DNA of 64,000 nucleotides from Rhodosorus marinus CCMP1338 (Eukaryota; Plantae; Rhodophyta): NCBI GenBank assembly GCA_029953675.1, contig JAMWBK010000007.1, positions 124,001 to 188,000 of the forward strand, read 5' to 3'. Shown piece by piece: positions 50,130 to 62,695 of this stretch (position 1 is its first letter; each line of letters starts with the position of its first letter). The notes under the pieces were generated by a model. It saw only the letters and a program-made list of their open reading frames with translations, ran no database searches and was not told where the DNA came from. The position numbers and the translations under genes were made by a program.

Positions 50130-53100
50130 TTGGAAGTTAACTCCGTCCCTTGTGTTAAGAGTCATTTGAGTTTTCCTTCATCCTTTGGAAACTGTTTCAT
50201 CTTCCGCACGCGTCCTGAAAGCTAGTTCACTGAGGTTTGAAGCGCCCTCGCGTGAATGAGACATCAATCCAAAACTCTGCGCACGGCCAAAGAGAGCTAG
50301 TTACTCCATCCGTTGCCCTTGCAAGCGCGTTTCAGATTGGAACACAGTACCGATCCAGCATCATCATTCGATCCTCTAAGGGAGTAGTGCAACACAATCA
50401 TTGGGATAACGCGGGGCAATAGCGAAGGGGAAAATATAAAGGAGAGGATGGTCTAGTTGCATCTTGTCGACGATTAAAACAAATACAATCTACATCCTCT
50501 GTGTGTCCACTCGACCCTCAACGATCCTTACCTAACGTGGTCCGCACCGATAAAAGCCTCTTGTTCCATCCAAAAGCTCAGAATCATTGGCTTCTGATCG
50601 ATTCGAGTCGGACGCGTCCATCAACCGGTCACGAAATCCTTTCAGCCGTCGACACTTGGCAGCGCTATTGTAGCGTACGACCATTCTCTGAAGGTTCCTT
50701 CCATAGTCTCCTCCAAAGCTGAGCAGCGCGTGAGACACAAACGCCGAACACATTCCAAGCCCCCTTGCTCCCCTCCATCCAGGACACGCAATCATCTTTT
50801 CAGGTTCTCCTGTTTTTTATTTTCCCGATGACTACAGAGCGGCTTTTGCCGAGACCCGGCTTCTGAAGGAGGATTCCTCTTTGCACAATGCTGAGCCCAG
50901 TCCAGCGACGGTGTTACGCGGCCTACGTAGTTAGACGAACTTTCATACATTTCTTAAGAGACGTTTTTCCCCATGCCCAAAAATGTGGGTGAACTTACAA
51001 ATGTTCCCAACTCATCCCGCAAAAATGTGTACTATATATAGAAATCGATACAATATTGTTTTAAAATATTTTAGACTCGTTTTTAGTACTAAGGACTTCT
51101 ATTGGCAATTTTAACCCAGTTTTTAATTATAATTAGATTCCTTGTTTGGGTGAAGAAAAAACAGTGCGCGAAAGTTGGTTATTTTTTCGGTCCCTATTTC
51201 TTCGGTTTTTGGAAAATATTTTGTTGGCCATAAAACATTCAGGCCAATGTTCTATTATGGTGACGCGCGTGATCAAAGGTCGATCCGGAAGTGTTAGACT
51301 GAATGGATTGGTTTAATCGGAGGCTGGAAGGAAAAAAAAAAAGCAACTGGAAAAGAACAGACTGAGCGCGAGGAAGATCGCGCGCCTCCAACATCAAAGC
51401 AGCGTTCATACGCCACAGCAAGAAACCTAAACGGGTAAACAACGAGGACAGACGGTCAGGGCGTTCGCGGAACAATTCCCAACGCCAAGGAGAGCCAATG
51501 GAATCCATAAACCCAAAGCACCCAACCAATCGCCAGAGGTACCAGGCGATGAGCTAGAGCCGAAGGACGAATGCCTGGGAAGACAAGGCCCCCGCGTATT
51601 TCAACTCTGTGCGACGTCTCATATTGGTTGGTTTTATTACGTCTCATAATAGCAGCGGCAAATCCACGGCGCTCTCCCGCAGCCGGCAAATAGCGACCAG
51701 CCTGAGGATTAGGAACAGCAAGATCAACGCACGTCTTACGGCGGCTATCGTCACAGGTGACCACAAGGCCAGCCACGCGGCGTTCAGAACAAAGGATGGT
51801 TTGGATTTGGGACTGGGTGGGCTTTTTTTCTGGAACGTGTGCGAAGAGGCACGAGAAACAGAAAGCGGATAGTGTAAGTGCCAATACTTAATTGGCCGAT
51901 GAGTAAATGTTTTCAAGAGAACCATAAACTATTATATATTTATATATATATTATTCAATATATGCATATCCAATCATTAATTGGCAGCATTGTGATCTAA
52001 AATGTCGTTCAAAACCTGAGGATTTTAGAGCTCAGTTGTGATGTAAGCCGGGCGCGGTGAGGGTTCGGAGGGATTGAAGGGGGGTGCGATTTTTCGTTCA
52101 GAAGATCTGGATTATTACCGACCCTGTGAAAACAGAATTATTTGTCGATACTTTAGCGCGATAAGTTTCCTGAAATTCATGTTTTGCGATGCAGAGGTGC
52201 GGTTGAGTTCAGGTCCTTTCAAGAAGGTCACTAGTTAGTGTGGATTGGTGCTCAGGGGTGGGTAATGGCTGACCGTGTGTTGACAGGATAAAGTGGATGT
52301 GGCTTAGATTTTTCATTGGGTGATCGGGAGACTCAGTAAAACCGTTAGAAACCAGAAAAACCAGAAACGGAGCTGAAAGTACTGACTCGCTGAGTTTACC
52401 TATCGAGGGGATCGATCAGTTCTGTACTACGAACCCCCCACGGCATGCTCTTGCGTGCGATAGAGCTTAGCTATTTTGGGGGTGTTGCGTCTACTTCCCC
52501 TCGGCATAGCCGTGATTTTATGGAAGCATCGAAAAACCTGTTGGCGACACGTCCCGGTGGATGAACTAACAGTGTAAACGTGGGGAGCAGTAATTCTGCC
52601 TTGGGAGTTGTTTTTCTCAACTTCCTGTACATGCGTTTGGATACCTGTAGAGCTTTTTCTTCTTATCCAGCGCTCGAGCTTGCTGGACATGGAAAGGTTC
52701 TTCCCCAAATAGCTCGGCTCCTCTCCTCCAGTCGCCAAGGTTCGGCCACTTGGCATCCCAACACAGCGCATGCCAAGTGTATGAAGCTCGCTACTGTGGC
52801 TGCTATCCGATCGCGCACGAGGGTCGTTTTTCAGTCGGATTCTTAGAAACTATTATTGTGTCCAATAGAGGTGAAGACTTCTCGGGGACTACAGCGCAAA
52901 GTGCTCAATTTCCATAACCTCCTGCGATAGCTGCGAGAAATAAGAATGTCACATTGTTCTTCACTTGTGCAACTTGCCGGAAAGGTATAAGAGGACGTGG
53001 GCGGACGAGGAACAGCGTCTTGGGTTGAAGATGGTACAGGATAACAACAAAGCAGAGCATAGGAGAAGAAAAGAGAAGAGCTGATAAGACGAGAGAAGAG

Positions 53101-56100
53101 TTGATAAGAAGAGCTTGTGTTTTGGTTGTCTGCTCCTACGACATGACTGGGGGCCGCCTATTTGCAATTGTGGCGTTGTGCGTCGCGATATCAAAGGTGA
53201 AAGCACATGGATCCATGAAGTTCCCACCGACGAGGCAGTACTACTGTTGGGAGAACCCAAGCCATCCCGCTTGCCCGGGAACACAGAGTCCTGTCACTTA
53301 CAACTGGAACGAAGTTGGTCAGTACTGCGGTGCTGGACCTGACTGCCCTCTCGTACGAGATGGAGAGCTGTGCAGCGGGCAGAACTGGCACGATGGGGCG
53401 AGCTACTACGATGAAGTGAGGGACTACCACCGAACCCCCATCAACTTTGGCGCAAACACGTTCCTCTACCACACCACAGCCGAGCACCTGGGTATCTACG
53501 AGGTATACCTGACCAAAGACTCCGCACCTCTCGATCGGCCACTAAGACATGAAGATCTCGAGCTGGTTTGCACGTACACTTACGGTGAAGGAAAGCCACT
53601 GATCAAGGAGTTTCCTTGCAACATCAACGTTGAACGTACTCGCTCGGAGCAAGTGGTATACATCAACTGGAGGACGGCGATCACCGCCAACGAGCAGTTC
53701 ATGGGCTGTGCTGATGTGACTATTGAAGGCAACGCACCAACTCCTACTGAGCCACAAGCGACCGCCACCGCAACTGGACTGCCGGTCACTACGGAATCAC
53801 CGGCTCCTGAACCGACGGAGACAGGCCAGCCGCAGTGCGTAGTAGCATGGGAGCAGTGCGGCGGATTGGAGTACTCGGGTCGCACAGACTGCTGCTCTGG
53901 CCTCGTGTGTACTGCCGTTTCGGACTGGTGGCACTCGTGCCAGCCTGACACGACAGCTCCTACACCAACGGAGGAGCCCAGCGCGACTGAAGCTGTAACA
54001 GAAGAGCCGCAATCGACTGCAACCCCAACCCAGGAGCCGCAATCGACCGCAACCCAAACTCAGGAGCCTCAACCCACCGCAACCAACACCTCTGGCCCGG
54101 GTGGCCAGTGCGTCGCGATCTACGATCAGTGCGGCGGCGCTGAATACCAAGGACCGAACAACTGTTGCGATGGACTTGTCTGTACCTTCATTGGTCCGTA
54201 CTGGTCCCAATGCAACGTCGACCAAGGACAGACAACGTCTGCACCATCTGTTCAGCCGACGAACGCACCTTCCCAGGCGCCTACACAAGCACCCGAACCA
54301 ACCGCGACACCACAACCTTCTCAGACACCGACTGTAAACCCTGTGCCAACCGTCACTCCGAAACCAGAGCCTACGGCAACCAAGCTCCAACTACTCCAGC
54401 GCCGACTACTCCAGCTCCGACCGGCGAGACTGGGTGGGAGAGATCGATTACGCCCAAGGATATTGCCGAGGGTCACCCGTGGGGAATCTCCAACCTCCGA
54501 GGAAAGAGCGGTCTCGAAGCAGCCACCATCATCTACCACGACATCGCAAATGCCATCAGGAACGGTCCCCCGTCCTTCCAATCCTTCTGCAACACCGCAG
54601 ACCCGGATACCAACAAGAGGGAGGCAGCCGCTTTCCTGGCCAACGTCCTCAAGGAGACCGGGGGCTACGGAGCCTTCGTCGAAGTCAGTCCAGTCGGAGA
54701 ATACTGCACCGCTCTTGGAGGCGTAGACCCGGGAATGGTGGCCGCTGGAAGCGAGTATCCGTGCTGTGAAGAAGGCTACGGATGTGATTTCCGCGGAAGA
54801 GGTGCCATTCAGCTCACCTGGAACATCAACTACGGACGGTTTAGCGAGTTCTACTACGGAGACAAGAATGTCCTTCTGAGAGAACCAGAGCTGGTGGTCG
54901 GGGACGGCGAAGTCGGCTGGGCCGCTTCATTGTGGTTCTGGATGACTCGCCAGGACTACGGAGGCGCTTGTCCACCAGTCCAGCTCACATCTAGCCAGCC
55001 GCTCGGAAACATGTCCTGCCATGAGGCAATGACGCTTGCCGATGGCGGAGGCTTTGGACAGACGATTCGCATCATCAACGGAGGCTACGAGTCCTGCCCG
55101 ACTTCAGGCTACAGGTCCAGCCCAATCTACCGGGTCCAGTACTACTTTGAGCTTACTAGCCTGCTCCAAGTCCCGTCTGCACCAAACTGCGAGCTCAACC
55201 AAGACTGCGACGTTTCCGGGATGCAGTTCTACGAGAGCTCCATGGGCCGCGTCGGGAACGTCCTGATCGGCTCCGACACCTGTGTAAACTGCCAGCGCAC
55301 CTCGTGCACCAAAGAGCTCGTGACCAAGTGGCTTGGGGTCAACGGTGAACCTACGACCAAGTATCAATGGACATGCAACTAAGGAGGAACGAAAGTATTT
55401 CACTCAACCTGAATACACCTTGCCCGATTCTCGAGTATATCCTTGTCTTGTCAAATACTCCGAAACCTTTTGTTTCGAGCAAGTGCTTAGAGAAACTTAG
55501 ATTGCTAATCACCTTTACTTTAAAACGAACCATTATCATTGAGGAAACTTTCATGCCATCTTCCTCCCGACCTTCAAAACTGGCATCTTGTGAAGGGCGC
55601 ATCTGAAATCTCCAGCCACCTCCTTACTTGCTTCAGCCAAAACACATCTAGCCTCCCCTGGTAACTTGCTCCCTTTCCGAGTCACACCCACTACCGTATT
55701 GGTCACGAATAGAAACTGTGCGTAAGCAGGGTGGCCAACCTTAGAAAGGATCCAACCCCAGTTACCTCTCCACAGCAAGGTGCCTGTCCCACATGTAATC
55801 ACGTTCGTTGACGGTTTCGTTGAACTGGGTGGCTGCCTGTTTCAAAATGTTGAGCGCAACACCGTTCGAAGACGCGTTGAAACCCAGCGAGTCCACCAAA
55901 GCGTTAAGATCTGTCGGGTAATGCCAACTGTGAACAACCGATGCTGCCCGGAAGAGTACGGCCATGCACTTCTCCACGCACGAGACCAGCAGCACCTTTT
56001 GATCCTCCTCTACCCCGCTACTTCTAACAAGGGCCTTTGCTAGGGCCGGAATTGCCGTACTCGAAGTTGTCGCGGTCGTAGAGCCGTTCGCTGGCGCTGC

Positions 56101-56110
56101 TACTGGGCCT
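50130..56110. repeat. Segmental duplication unit 2
   Basis: Collinear with 36960-43010 at an offset of ~13.1 kb; contains an extra ~500 bp insert at ~51280-51775. Confidence 0.85.
53143..55382 (+). pseudogene. AA10-CBM1-CBM1-GH19 copy C with a 1-nt frameshift (or sequencing error)
   Basis: Near-identical to copy A. gcaaccgaagct in A is gcaaccaagct in C (missing G after 54381), which splits the gene into ORFs 53143-54726 and 54165-55382. One 30-nt linker repeat is also deleted in frame. Confidence 0.85.
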
Positions 56111-57460
56111 CGCAGGGAATCTGTCAGCGGAGTCAGAGTCGAATTCAGCTCGGACAGTGCGCCACATCTCCTAATGTGCTCATCCGTAAGCACCTGAGTC
56201 TCATTGTTCAGTTTCCACAATTCTACCAGGTGCTCCTTTTTTGTGTCCAACAGAGTGAGCACCTCTGCCAGCTGTCTCAAGTCCAACTCTAGCGTTACTC
56301 CAGAGTTCATCTCCATTGGCCGTGGTGGGGACGCGGCGATTCCAAGCGGTGAAGTCATAATACCGCTTGGCGATTGAGGGGGAATCCATCCCGGTTGTCC
56401 GGACGCATTTGTCGGAGTAATTGTCAATCCGGGCATGAGCCCTGCTTGCGGGATCGAATAAATATCAGAGGGAGAGTAGATTGGGCCGACGTCCAAGTCC
56501 TCCACGAGCGCTATGTACATCGACGAAAAACTCACTCGAACCCGCTTCGGCGTATTGGCGGATGCAGAAGCAACCATCGCCTTTCGAGGAAGTCCGTCCC
56601 AGGGGTGCTTGGCAAGCACCCGCTCCCTCACTGCCAAGGACATCGACCCTATTGCTCGGGTTTTCTCGACATGCGAATACAGCCGTGCCCGCTCTTCCGC
56701 CAGAAAAGCAGGAGATAGTCTACGTGGCTTCGCCCCTCCAGGATACATTGCACACATCGCTTCACGTACCCTTCCCCACTCTGCTCGAGTCAATTTCGTC
56801 CCGTTCGGGATTCGCATCTCGGTATGGAGCGCATCAGAAAATTCACTCCACTGGAAAAACTGAACCTGGTGAGACCAAAAAAAAAAAATGGTAAGACGAA
56901 AGGTCTAGCGCTCGGCGTCATATCGCTACGGAAGCTACCTCTACGGTTGAGTAGAACCACTCCGCCAGCGCCCATCTGACTGCAAGGTCGTTCGTGAGCC
57001 AGTTCCTGACTTGTGCGTTTGCGTCTGTAAGCTTAGTCACCATGGCGTCGTACTTGCTGTGCTTCTGCAATCGGCGTTTCCTTGGTCGTCGCCGTATCGA
57101 GGGATCATCCTGAGATTTGACATTTGTGTTTTCCAATCCGTCCTCTGCCCTAAAGGTCAGGACCTCGCTGTCAACGTTGCCTTCTGTCGCTACGGATTTT
57201 CTCTGTGCATCGACGACCACAGCGAAAAGGCCCAGAGCGGAGGCAGCGCTGGAACTGAGGTAAGTTCGGTGTCCATTGAAAAGGGCTTCCACCTCAGCTC
57301 GACCTCTCCGAAACCCCCGTCTACCCAACGCAGTCGCGATGAGCTCGCTCTTCATCCCATGTATCTTGAATGAGTCGAAAAAAACTCCAATCTCGTCCTC
57401 AGTCCATGCACTCGAAGCGTCATCTTCATCAAACTTTAACCGCTTCGACACGGGCTCCAT
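55762..57460 (-). CDS. LIN9: LIN-9/ALWAYS EARLY (DREAM/MuvB complex subunit) with N-terminal SANT-like and DIRP domains, 2 exons
   Basis: WTEDEIGVFFDSFKIHG (SANT-like); WALAEWFYSTVE|VQFFQWSEF...LTRAEWGRVREAM...KPRRLSPAFLAEERARL (DIRP); intron 56938-56866. Confidence 0.88.
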
Positions 57461-57875
57461 TGCTCAGCACTGGGGAGCAGAAAACAAAACCAAATCCCTT
57501 CTGACCAAGCGCAAAACAATCGAAGCAATAGCCTCGATATCAAATCCAATATATAAACGAAGCTTCTCGGGTCCAAGCCTGAATCTCAAAATTCTTTGTG
57601 CTCCGCCCCCATCGCAGCAAAGGCACGCCCCAGAACAGAACGCACTACCCCACGTCCCATCCCTCACACCATCTCAGACGGATCCCCTCACCTCCTCCTC
57701 TTCATGCAGAAACAGGAACACTAAACCAAGTCCCTCTGCAAACACACTTTGAAAAACCTCCCCTCGACCTGCGGCTTATCTTCTCCACCAAGTTCAGTCG
57801 CTTCTCCGGGACTCCTTTTTCCTCCCACCTTTCCTCCTCATCAGCTAAATCCTCTGCCAAACCCCTAATTAAACT

Positions 57876-57917
57876 ATATATATATATATATCTATATATC
57901 TAGAGAGAGAGAGAGAG
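57876..57917. repeat. (AT)n/(AG)n compound microsatellite
   Basis: tatatatatatatatctatatatctagagagagagagagag. Confidence 0.85.
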
Positions 57918-59813
57918 ATTTAGCTAATCCTCGTCGTTGAACAAACATCTTGCTCCAGCACTCATTTCCCTTCCCAACCCCCACTCACTCCCACCTCCCA
58001 ATCTCCCGCCAACCTTTTTGCATTCTGCGAGAAACGAAATTGGCGTCAACCATCTCCCTCTGACGTTGGACGGACTCTCCCGTCTACAGTCATCCCCTGC
58101 GTTTGTTTTTTTTTGGGCCCGGCCAATTTTTGCCACAACAGACTTTTTGGTCCAATGTTACCCTGAAGTACTATCATCCAATGATCATCTGAGGATATAA
58201 ATTTAAGAGTGAGTTGTCGATTTATCATTGGACAAAAAGTAGAAAGACTCCAAGTTTGTCCCATTATTTTTGAATCTCTACCGGCTGATGTCTCCTGATC
58301 TGATTGGACAGTATCGCGGGTTTTCTTAATGATCATTGGCTCTTAAATATTCAAATTTCAAGCAATGGATGTGATACAAGTGTCCGGGACTTTTTTCCAT
58401 CTTCTAGAAAGTCCGCAATCGAAATCAGTATCGTTACCGGCGTTTCTGTAGGTGAACGGATCAAATGTGGAAGAGACTATTGCGTAAATTAGAATATAAG
58501 TATATTACGAAGAATAATTGTCTATAGTTTGATCGTACATCATGGACAAGCATTGGGGGTTTATCCTTATCGGATGCTGTGGAGCTGGCCATGTGTTGAC
58601 CCCCAAAACGTTTCTTCCTTACTGCATTGTTCGTTCTGGTAACTGGGCTGCCCTTGTGAGATTTCGCTCCTGAATTCTGGACAGAACTCCACCTACGGCT
58701 TCTGATTAGAGGTGGATCGGTGCCGAGCTTTCTTTCAGAGGATTGCGGTTCCGACGTTATCTCCGTCACGAACGTTCGGTTGGACCTTGGCACCAATTCT
58801 ACAAGGTATTGAAGATACATGAGATCGGAAATTACATTTCTTTAACGCAGCGAGGCTTGGAAGCGCCGGTGTTGGTCCAGCCAGCGAAAAACGCAAACCT
58901 GGACTTGATACATTTTCAGACTAATTGTCTGATCTTCCGTTCAACGGTCAGAGGACAATCTATTCATGAACACAATTTAATAGACTCTGCGACACAGGTC
59001 AATCAGTATGAACTTCTTCCACTTCTTCTCGTCCCTGAAGCTGAGTGTCCACGTCGCGCCAGTCAGTCATGGTCGATCCAAGCACCTTGCCTATGAGATC
59101 TCACTGGATCGCACTGAATATACGCCCCGTGATGGGTCAAAATCGTAATAGCGCTGGGAGAGCTGTCCCTAAGCGATCACACAGTCAAGCACCGTGCTTC
59201 TTGATGAACCTCGGTCTCCTCAAACGCAGCCACCGAACCGATACACTTCTTCTACAGCATCGCGGAAACTGTTGGTAGCCCCGTGATCGCAACCAGCTCA
59301 GCTAATGTCAGGCACAGGCATGAGACTGCAGAACCAGCGCATGTTCTCTTGATCAATCGCTACAAGTCAATAGAATAGGCTCAGGTGGCACACGGATCAA
59401 CAAGTGCGCTTCACTCGCGTCCATAGCACAACTCCGCTTGAAATGGACGTGCTGTCCCTTCAGTCCGCGGTTAGGGGGCGCGAGATCGGCAAGGAGGACA
59501 GAGTGCAGGCTGGGTTTCTGCAGGATTATTGTTCGGAGGTCTTTGATCCGAATGCATCCTTTCTGGGCAATTTTGTGTTTTTCGTTTACCACGTTTCCAA
59601 TCCCGCAGCTACGTACCATCGGGAGCTTCGTTAAGGAAGAGATCGTAAAACCGACTTGTAAGAGTATCCTATGCTCACGCAATGCTTGTTGGTATATCTT
59701 GGAGACAAACGGAGGTTTTCGGTTGCCCCTTCCCTTCCACTAAGTACCGAAGGCTAATGGTCCGGCTTTTTTTTGGCTCTAAGCAAGAGTTTCTCTTGCG
59801 CTATATCAAAAGC

Positions 59814-60530
59814 TCATTCCGCAACCTTTTGTGCCGGGATGATCATTCGATAGATTTTAGTCAAGAAGCGGGCTAGTTCCCCTTCTCTTGAAGTCAGGTC
59901 GTGAACTTCCGCCTTGAGCTGCTTGAAGACACTCAGTTCTCCTTCATAGTCGTCAGCTGTGGCCTGGTGGACCGCATCGTACGCCGGATCAGTGAGCTCC
60001 TTCACCTGGATACAGACCAAAAAAGGAAGCAGACATTTCTTTTAGACACCCACGTCAAGCTTCTCCGCCGTCAACAAAACAACCGAAAAAAAAAACACTT
60101 AGTATTTTCGGAATAAGAGTGAATATCCTACCTTGCCGAAGACATCAGTTCCCATCATCTCGTCAAGCTTCTTCTTCAAGAAGCTCTCCTTTGCGCCGTC
60201 ATTCAGCATCTCAAAGTTCTTAGAAAGCGTCTTGTAGACCTCGTCCTCGAATACCTACAAGATCCATAGATCCGATAAACATTTTTTTAGCGGACTACAA
60301 TCGAAAAACAAAATCTAGCAACAGAGGCGAAGGCTTCGCCAGATCAACAATCCCAAAAGTCAACTTACAGCATCCGCTTTCGAGGCCTCCGCGATATCAT
60401 CAACTACCTCAACATCATCATCGTACTCATCCTCATGATGATTGTCGTGACCCTGAGCAACCACTGCAGTCACCAAACTCAACGCGAATAATCCCAACAA
60501 CGCAAACAAAAACAAGTTCTTGCCCTTCAT
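59814..60530 (-). CDS. Secreted or ER-targeted acidic hypothetical protein (158 aa, 3 exons)
   Basis: Signal peptide MKGKNLFLFALLGLFALSLVTAVVA; exons 60530-60369, 60254-60132 and 60005-59814 join in phase 0 with GT-AG sites into an open frame. Confidence 0.8.
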
Positions 60531-61907
60531 CTTTCTACCCAGCCTCCCCAAAACCCACTCACACACACACTCCAACAAAAAAAACCAAAACCTCAGAAAA
60601 ACAGATCCAAAGCTTATCTCACTCTTGATAGCCTTATCATTCCGTCTCTTCTTTAAAACCTGCCCCCTCCCCCTCCAAATCTACACCCCGTCTTCCCTCC
60701 CAAACCGTTTTACTAAATCTCTTCATCCCCACCAAAATGAAAACATTCAATATCCAACCTTAACCCCCTCCCTCCCCCCCACACTACTTCCCCCTCCCCC
60801 TAACAGAAGCCTTGAACTGGCATCCCAATCCATCAGAAAAAAAATACCCCCTAATATGTACACTCAAGAAACTTTCTCTGATAATCTATTATCCCCTATT
60901 TATTTCATAAAAACAAACAACGATGAAATACAAACACTATAGAATAACCCCCCTAATCTTTCCTAATAAAAAGCCGTTAAAACGGGGGTTTGCTGTTGGC
61001 CCGTTGGCCGACCGCAACAGGAAAAAAAAAAAAGAGCCAGCAATATCGAAAATCAGCAATAAAATCAATGATGCAAAAACGAAGCGAATATATACATGTA
61101 CATAGAGGGAAAGGGACAGCAAGAAGTACTCGTACGGAATACTCATGTACTAAGGTTCTTTTTATGTCTATAATATTGAATGTAAGCTTTGTGCTATTTG
61201 TACTAAAACAGGAAAGCACCCGTTCCCCCCCCCCCCGCGGGGATTGTTTTACGAATTGGTGGGAAGTTGGGGAATGGGTTGGGGAAATATCTACCCAATC
61301 ATTTCTTGCTTAGAGGGTGTATCAGTCATTATCCGCTAAACTATATGTTTTTATTCAGTAATATGATAATATTTAGCGATTTTTATTGGTTACAATATTG
61401 ATCCTCAATCCATTGAAGATCCGTAATGACTGATTGATCGGAGTGTGTCTGTCTGTTGTTTTCTCTGTGAGATTGAATGGAGGGGGGGGAAAGTCCGCCA
61501 GATATTCTATAGTACTGAAATTTGTAATTAATTAGGACCATAAATATATTCTGCGTAGGGGGGGTTGTTCGGGTTGACAAGGTGACACTTAGGATTGGAA
61601 CAGTCGACCACCGTTCAAACCGATTTAATTTTTTACTTTAGAGGAAGATATGGATGACACAATTGTTTTCTTTTTTTGTGAAAAGGATGGGAAACCCTTG
61701 GAACATTGGGCGCCTTTCATGGCCCGAACCAAGAGTGTCCCAATGGCTGTATGCAGTTTTCGGGACAAAAGCGGAAAAAAATGGGACAGCGCGTTTGTGA
61801 AAGTTCGGGAGCTACGCGGCGCGCTGCATAGGAAGTTGACGATAGGTATCGCTATGGTGAAGCAACGAGGGTCAACATGGCTTTTTCACTCATGGGCGGT
61901 GGTGAGG

Positions 61908-62243
61908 GAAAGTAGTTTTTCGACCCTTGTGCTTGGCCCCAGGGTATACCAGAGCACAATGACGATAACCGATCTGGAGTTAGCAAATGGACTGGAGTAC
62001 CATGCAGGTCACTCAGCCTCGGCTGACAACTTCGGAGTTCCTCGTACAGTGACCACAAACAGTCCGTTCCTGTCTTGCCTGTTGTTTAGGCATGATCTTT
62101 GAACGTCAGTGTCTGGAATCGATCAACCAGGCTCTGGCAGCCGTGGTTGAGAAATGCTCGTCATCACCAACTCCAGATCGGCCATCGTCATCGTTCCCTG
62201 GTGTACCCTGGTGGAAAGCTCAGTGTTGAAAAACCACTTTGCA
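61908..62243. repeat. Degenerate inverted repeat (~75 bp arms, ~185 bp spacer)
   Basis: 61908-61982 aaagtagtttttcgacc...ccagggtataccagagcacaatgacgataaccgatctggagtt vs reverse complement of 62168-62243 aaagtggtttttcaaca...ccagggtacaccagggaacgatgacgatggccgatctggagtt. Confidence 0.75.
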
Positions 62244-62695
62244 CGAGATGGGGTTTGAAGTTGGAAGAGCGCGTAGTCCGCGTGCTCGGACGTCCTAGGT
62301 TCTGGGCCGCAGGTTCAAACTGGATGGCATACTGAGAATCTGCACGGGCTAGTAGCTGCTTTGAGTTGTTTATATCCAGACATCGTCCTGACACTACTAT
62401 ACCAGCGGCATAGTAAAGATCTTGCAATCAGCTCGGCGTAGTATACGCACTAGGCGTGTCTACGTTGCTCAACCAGAGCTGCTGGGCGTGATCTGAACAA
62501 CCACAGGTAGAGCTGTCCTTTGGCTTTGATAAGAAGTTAGCAGTCGACTGCAAAGAAGCAGCCGTCAGTTCGAAAGCGTAGAAGTTAAACGCTGACGTGG
62601 ACCGATTCAATGGAGGAGAGGACCCAAGGCCTCGAGGTGATCCAGCTGAGAAGTCTTCTGGTCGTTTTTTCTCCCATTTTTCTTCAACGTTTCCT

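Noticed and set aside
40010-55602. Many long antisense and alternate-frame ORFs over the LPMO genes, and similar shadows over other genes
   Set aside because: They are shadow ORFs of GC-rich coding sequence and repeat linkers.
58300-59750. Several 60-120 aa ORFs between LIN9 and the secreted orphan
   Set aside because: Overlapping frames on both strands with no domain or splice-consistent model.
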